A DNA stretch of 64,000 bases from positions 33,460 to 97,459 of the IMG/VR virus record IMGVR_UViG_3300025127_007327; one strand, written 5' to 3'. This document shows positions 60,072 to 64,000 of this stretch, piece by piece. Origin of the DNA: a virus. The notes below the pieces were generated by a model. The model made no database searches. It was not told the DNA's origin and worked only from the letters and a program-made list of their open reading frames with translations. The first letter of the stretch is position 1. The number at the start of each line of letters is the position of its first letter. Both the position numbers and the translations under genes were made by a program.

Positions 60072-62087
60072 ATGGCAGATAATAAGAAAAAAGGTAGAAA
60101 CCCAGCGAATCAACAATCTGAGTTGTTTAAAGCGCTTACTAGATTGTTCTCTGGTCCAATAATAAACTATAGATCGCAGTCTGGTACAAAAATTAGAAGA
60201 CAACATTTAGATAAGTATTCTTCACGTTTTCGCACCGCGTCTGGTCAGCAGTTCAAAAAAGCGCTGTCATCGCCACTTGATAATATTGCATATAATGCTA
60301 TGCAGAGCCAGCGCCGCGTTGAACGGTATGTAGACTTTGACCAAATGGAATACATGCCAGAGATTGCATCGGCACTTGATATTTATGCTGATGAGATGTC
60401 AACATATTCTGACCTAAGACCAATGCTTAACATCAAATGTGGCAACGAAGAAATTAAAGCTGTGCTACATAACCTTTATTCTAAGGTTCTTAACTTAGAG
60501 CACAATTTATTTTCTTGGGCACGGACAATGTGTAAATACGGAGATTTTTTCTTGTACTTAGATATTGATGACAACTTTGGTATTCAGTCTGTTATTTCTA
60601 TTCCTATTGGAGAAGTCGAAAGACTTGAAGGGCAAGATTCTACTAACCCTAACTATATTCAGTATCAGTGGAACTCCGCCGGTATGACATTTGAAAACTG
60701 GCAAATCGCGCACTTTAGAGTTCTTGGTAATGATAAGCACGCACCATACGGTACATCTGTTTTAGATCCTGCTCGACGTATTTTTAGGCAGCTTACGCTT
60801 GTTGAAGATGCTATGATGGCTTATCGAGTTATTCGCTCATCTGAGAGAAGATTATTTAAGATTGACGTTGGTGGTATTCCGCCAAATGATATCGAACAAT
60901 ACATGGAAAAGATTGTTACACAGCTAAAAAGACATACCGTGATTGATCAACAAACTGGTCGAGTTGATTTGCGCTATAACCCAATGAGTATTGAAGAAGA
61001 TTACTTTATTCCAGTTCGTCCCGGTTCCGTAACCGATGTTACAAACTTAGCTGGTGGACAAAACACAACTGCTGTTGAGGATGTTAAGTATCTTAGAGAC
61101 AAGCTGTTCTCCGCTCTGAAAATTCCACAGCCATACTTAGCGATGGGCGAAGGTGCGGCCGAAGATAAAACAACACTTGCTCAGAAAGATATTCGTTTTG
61201 CAAGAACTATTCAAAGGCTTCAAAGAATTCTTACTTCTGAATTAGAAAAGATTGGTATTATCCACTTGTATACTCTTGGTTTTCGTGGCGACGATCTTCT
61301 TTCGTTTGCGCTTAGCCTCAATAACCCGTCAAAGATTGCAGAGCTTCAAGAAATTGAATTTTGGAAATCTAAGTTTGATATTGCTGCTTCTGCAACAGAG
61401 GGATACTTTTCTCGACGTTGGGTTGGCGAGCATATCTTTGGTATGTCTAACGAAGAGTTTGTTCGCAATCAAAGAGAAATTTACTATGACCGCAAATATG
61501 ATGCATCACTTCAACAAGTTGCTGAAGCTGCTGCTGCCGGCGGTGCAGCCGCTGGAGGCTTAGGTGGTGACGCCCTTGGTGGAGGACTCGGAGGTGGTGA
61601 CTTAGCTGGTGCTCTGACTGGTGATACTACAACAACTCCTCCGGCCGACGATGCGGCTCAAACACCTGCTGAAATACCCGCCGCTGATGCAGGTGCTGGT
61701 GGCGCTGATGATTCAGCACTTCTTGCAGTACCGCCCGGCTCTCGAAACGATAAAGTTAGAGAATATGAAAAGAGCACTTACATTGCAAAAGATGGTACAA
61801 ATGACAAGAGAGATATGGGCGCCCGCACTCGCTCTACACATGCCTTATATAACAGAGAAAAAGGTGGTAGAGCCAATAGAGCAAAGTTTCCCGGCGCCCG
61901 TGACCTTGCTACATCACCAATTCCAAATATAGCAAATGGTATTTATGAAGAAGAAGAACCTATTTATAAATTGAAAGAGACTAATGAAGAACAAAAACTT
62001 TTTCAAGTAAACGAATCATTAGATCATTTAATTAAAAGTTTAGAAGATAAAAAAGAAATCATAACGGAGCAAAATGATGAAAACTAA
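60072..62087 (+). CDS. Portal protein (T4 gp20-like) with long C-terminal extension
   Basis: PEIASALDIYADE, YGTSVL, EDAMMAYRVIRSSERRLFKIDVG, EEDYFIP and EDVKYLRDKLFSALKIP. Confidence 0.95.
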   Translation: MADNKKKGRNPANQQSELFKALTRLFSGPIINYRSQSGTKIRRQHLDKYSSRFRTASGQQFKKALSSPLDNIAYNAMQSQRRVERYVDFDQMEYMPEIASALDIYADEMSTYSDLRPMLNIKCGNEEIKAVLHNLYSKVLNLEHNLFSWARTMCKYGDFFLYLDIDDNFGIQSVISIPIGEVERLEGQDSTNPNYIQYQWNSAGMTFENWQIAHFRVLGNDKHAPYGTSVLDPARRIFRQLTLVEDAMMAYRVIRSSERRLFKIDVGGIPPNDIEQYMEKIVTQLKRHTVIDQQTGRVDLRYNPMSIEEDYFIPVRPGSVTDVTNLAGGQNTTAVEDVKYLRDKLFSALKIPQPYLAMGEGAAEDKTTLAQKDIRFARTIQRLQRILTSELEKIGIIHLYTLGFRGDDLLSFALSLNNPSKIAELQEIEFWKSKFDIAASATEGYFSRRWVGEHIFGMSNEEFVRNQREIYYDRKYDASLQQVAEAAAAGGAAAGGLGGDALGGGLGGGDLAGALTGDTTTTPPADDAAQTPAEIPAADAGAGGADDSALLAVPPGSRNDKVREYEKSTYIAKDGTNDKRDMGARTRSTHALYNREKGGRANRAKFPGARDLATSPIPNIANGIYEEEEPIYKLKETNEEQKLFQVNESLDHLIKSLEDKKEIITEQNDEN

Positions 62088-62889
62088 ATATAACAAAAAA
62101 AGAAATACTGCTTTTGTTTACGAGGCGTTGATTAGAGAAGGAACGTCCGCAATTTTACAAGGTGACCACGATAGAAAAAATACCGTTGTCAAATTGATTA
62201 AAAAACATTTTGCACCTGATTCCATACTTTATAAAGATTTACAGTGTTATCAATCTCTTTATGAATCTCAGGGTTTAGATAAAGATATTTGTGAAAAAAT
62301 TATGAAAGAGGCGAAATTAGGACATCGTGTTTTGGATCCGCATGGTTTATTTATAAGCCAAACAGATTTGATTAAAGATGTAAATAAAGAATTAGAGCCT
62401 GCAGTGTTTAATAATTTTGTCCCAAATTACAAATCGTTAGCTAACATTCATAAAATGTTTAATTCTATGAGTAGCCCTAAAGAGTCTGTAATTTTAGAAC
62501 AAGCTGTTCTTAAGCAAATGGCTGCTTCTGCAGATTCAACAAGCGATTTTGATGTTGACAACTTAGTTGTCGAAGAGTTTGTTAAAAAGTTTAACAACAA
62601 ATACGATAGTGTTCTTTTGCAGGAGCAAAAGCAATTACTTAGCTTATACATCAGTTCCTTTGTTGATAATGCACTTGAATTTAAAATGTTTTTAAATGAA
62701 GAATTGGCACGTTTAAAAGCAGAGCTTGTAAACTCTAAAGGTAGTGAAGAAATTTCTGCTGATGATGAAATGATTAGTAAAACAAATACAATTATAGAAA
62801 AATTAGAAACCTTTTCAAAAGGTGAGGCAGATACAAACATGTTGCTCACAGTTTTAAAGGTGCAAGAACTTGTAAAGGAACTTAATTAA
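62074..62889 (+). CDS. Putative prohead core/assembly protein
   Basis: Immediately after the portal; starts KYNKKRNTAFVYEAL; helical. Confidence 0.5.
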   Translation: MMKTKYNKKRNTAFVYEALIREGTSAILQGDHDRKNTVVKLIKKHFAPDSILYKDLQCYQSLYESQGLDKDICEKIMKEAKLGHRVLDPHGLFISQTDLIKDVNKELEPAVFNNFVPNYKSLANIHKMFNSMSSPKESVILEQAVLKQMAASADSTSDFDVDNLVVEEFVKKFNNKYDSVLLQEQKQLLSLYISSFVDNALEFKMFLNEELARLKAELVNSKGSEEISADDEMISKTNTIIEKLETFSKGEADTNMLLTVLKVQELVKELN

Positions 62890-62890
62890 A

Positions 62891-63430
62891 ATGCCCGTCG
62901 TTATTCGTGTTGGTAAAAAAGCTAATGAAAAGAAAGTTAGACTTGAGCTTAACGCTCGTCAGGCGCTTAACGGCGACGTTATGATTTTTGATCATGGTGA
63001 TATTGATATTGTTTTATCGCCATCAACTAAAAAAGTAGTAGCATTTCCCAAAGAAACATTATCAGATTTAGTATATGGTGCTCAAAATAGGCTAATGACT
63101 GTGCTGATGAAAAAAGGAATTATTAAGGCTGAAAGTATTCAAGCTGGTTCTTACTTTGGAGCGCTTGAAGGTCAGATACTTGAATCAACAAACCCTGATA
63201 TAAACGGTGCTAAACTTGCTTTAATTAATATATCGCAGTTCATTGAGGAAGAAAGACCATACTTTGAAAACACTGAAGCTGTTATTTCCAAGTCTGAAAA
63301 GGACTTAGTACATCCTGATAAAGAAGACTCAACAGAACTTGGTGAAGTTCCACAGGCAACTGAGAAGGGTTCGCTTAGACACACGTATGTGAAGGACCCT
63401 TACGCATTAAACTACATGTATACTATTTGA
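62891..63430 (+). CDS. Hypothetical protein (head module)
   Basis: Tightly coupled ORF. Confidence 0.6.
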   Translation: MPVVIRVGKKANEKKVRLELNARQALNGDVMIFDHGDIDIVLSPSTKKVVAFPKETLSDLVYGAQNRLMTVLMKKGIIKAESIQAGSYFGALEGQILESTNPDINGAKLALINISQFIEEERPYFENTEAVISKSEKDLVHPDKEDSTELGEVPQATEKGSLRHTYVKDPYALNYMYTI

Positions 63431-63437
63431 GGAATTA

Positions 63438-63800
63438 ATGGAACTATTAACATTTATACTGTGTGCCTACGGGCTGACACAAATTATTGTTTACGGAAAG
63501 ATTTTTAAAGATATTAGACCAACCGAAGGTAGACTTGGAGAACTATTCAGATGTCCAATGTGCATGGGATTCCATGTAGGCTGGTTTTTAATGTTACTTT
63601 CTCCGTTTACAGAACTATTTAATTTTGACGTAACTGTGGCTAATTTTTTGATCTTAGGTTGGTTATCGTCAGGAACATCATATGTTTTAAATATGATTTT
63701 TGGAGATGAAGGAATTAAGCATGAACACAAACAATCAAACCCAGACTCTTGTCACTTGGACAAACAAGTGGATGTTGCAGCCAGTGAGACGCTGCTGTAA
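63438..63800 (+). CDS. DUF1360-like membrane protein with CxxC
   Basis: Hydrophobic helices and GELFRCPMCMGFHVG; GAGGA ribosome-binding site. Confidence 0.7.
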   Translation: MELLTFILCAYGLTQIIVYGKIFKDIRPTEGRLGELFRCPMCMGFHVGWFLMLLSPFTELFNFDVTVANFLILGWLSSGTSYVLNMIFGDEGIKHEHKQSNPDSCHLDKQVDVAASETLL

Positions 63801-63810
63801 AGGGTCTTAG
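63721..63810 (+). CDS. Candidate 29-aa peptide ending RRCCKGS (overlapping ORF)
   Basis: My translation: MNTNNQTQTLVTWTNKWMLQPVRRCCKGS*. AAGGA lies upstream, and its stop is 2 nt before the next ATG. Confidence 0.45.
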   Translation: MNTNNQTQTLVTWTNKWMLQPVRRCCKGS

Positions 63811-63812
63811 CT

Positions 63813-64000
63813 ATGAACATTACTGTAGAAGAATTAAAGTCGATTATTGCTGAAGAAATTCAGTCTATGGTTGAAGATGGTACCATTGATGAGAATATTT
63901 TAGATCGTCTTAAAGCTCAAACAAAAGGAATCGGTTCCGGTTTAGCCGGTGCTGCATTATCAAAACTTGGTGCTAAGGGTGCCGGCGCTGAATTAATGAG
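63813..64000 (+). CDS. Shared-leader head protein (3' partial, not in the ORF track)
   Basis: MNITVEELKSIIAEEIQSMVEDGTIDENILDRLK..., open to the window end. Confidence 0.7.
   Translation, partial: MNITVEELKSIIAEEIQSMVEDGTIDENILDRLKAQTKGIGSGLAGAALSKLGAKGAGAELM

Noticed and set aside
61525-61710. Tandem DNA repeat in the portal 3' region
   Set aside because: It is low-complexity Gly/Ala coding with varied codons, not a true nucleotide repeat.
963-63730. Short minus-strand and nested plus-strand ORFs in the track
   Set aside because: They are shadows of long, motif-bearing + strand genes, with no recognisable domains or ribosome-binding sites.
1-64000. Stop-codon reassignment (seen in some large phages)
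   Set aside because: Genes are intact in code 11, and TAA, TAG and TGA all occur as stops at tight gene junctions.
1-64000. CRISPR arrays, tRNA/rRNA genes, IS elements
   Set aside because: Intergenic gaps are under about 75 bp. I saw no spaced direct repeats, cloverleaf-like sequence or transposase motifs.

Overview
This 64-kb window is an AT-rich (roughly one-third GC by eye), gene-dense fragment of a large myovirus-type (T4-superfamily-like, jumbo-class) phage. It uses the standard genetic code and every credible gene is on the + strand. Gene order: (1) 1-4178 glycan/sugar-modification cluster (TylF-like methyltransferase, sulfotransferase, GDPD-like, HpcH aldolase, SIS-HAD fusion, NAD epimerase); (2) 4.2-6.2 kb small genes and a gp55-like late sigma factor; (3) 6.2-45.3 kb baseplate/tail module (M15-peptidase hub, spike-like protein, 2427-aa and 3305-aa proteins, gp25- and gp6-like wedge subunits, tail-collar-like paralogues); (4) 45.3-52.1 kb RuvC-like resolvase, primase and a single-chain SbcD-SbcC (gp47-gp46) fusion, interleaved with putative head proteins; (5) 52.1-56.5 kb putative head cargo genes, an FtsZ/tubulin homologue and a holin/spanin-like cassette; (6) 57-64 kb large terminase, portal and head-assembly genes. 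Three signals stand out. First, six otherwise unrelated proteins share an ungapped 15-aa N-terminal leader, and one of them carries a polymorphic-toxin pre-toxin-like domain, suggesting a capsid-loaded cargo/effector system. Second, there is a strong word bias (CCWGG apparently absent; CGGCCG, GCCGGC and GGCGCC enriched). Third, a recurrent ACTAHTTA candidate late promoter contrasts with consensus sigma70 promoters in front of the replication genes. All family calls come from motif recognition by eye; no database search was run.
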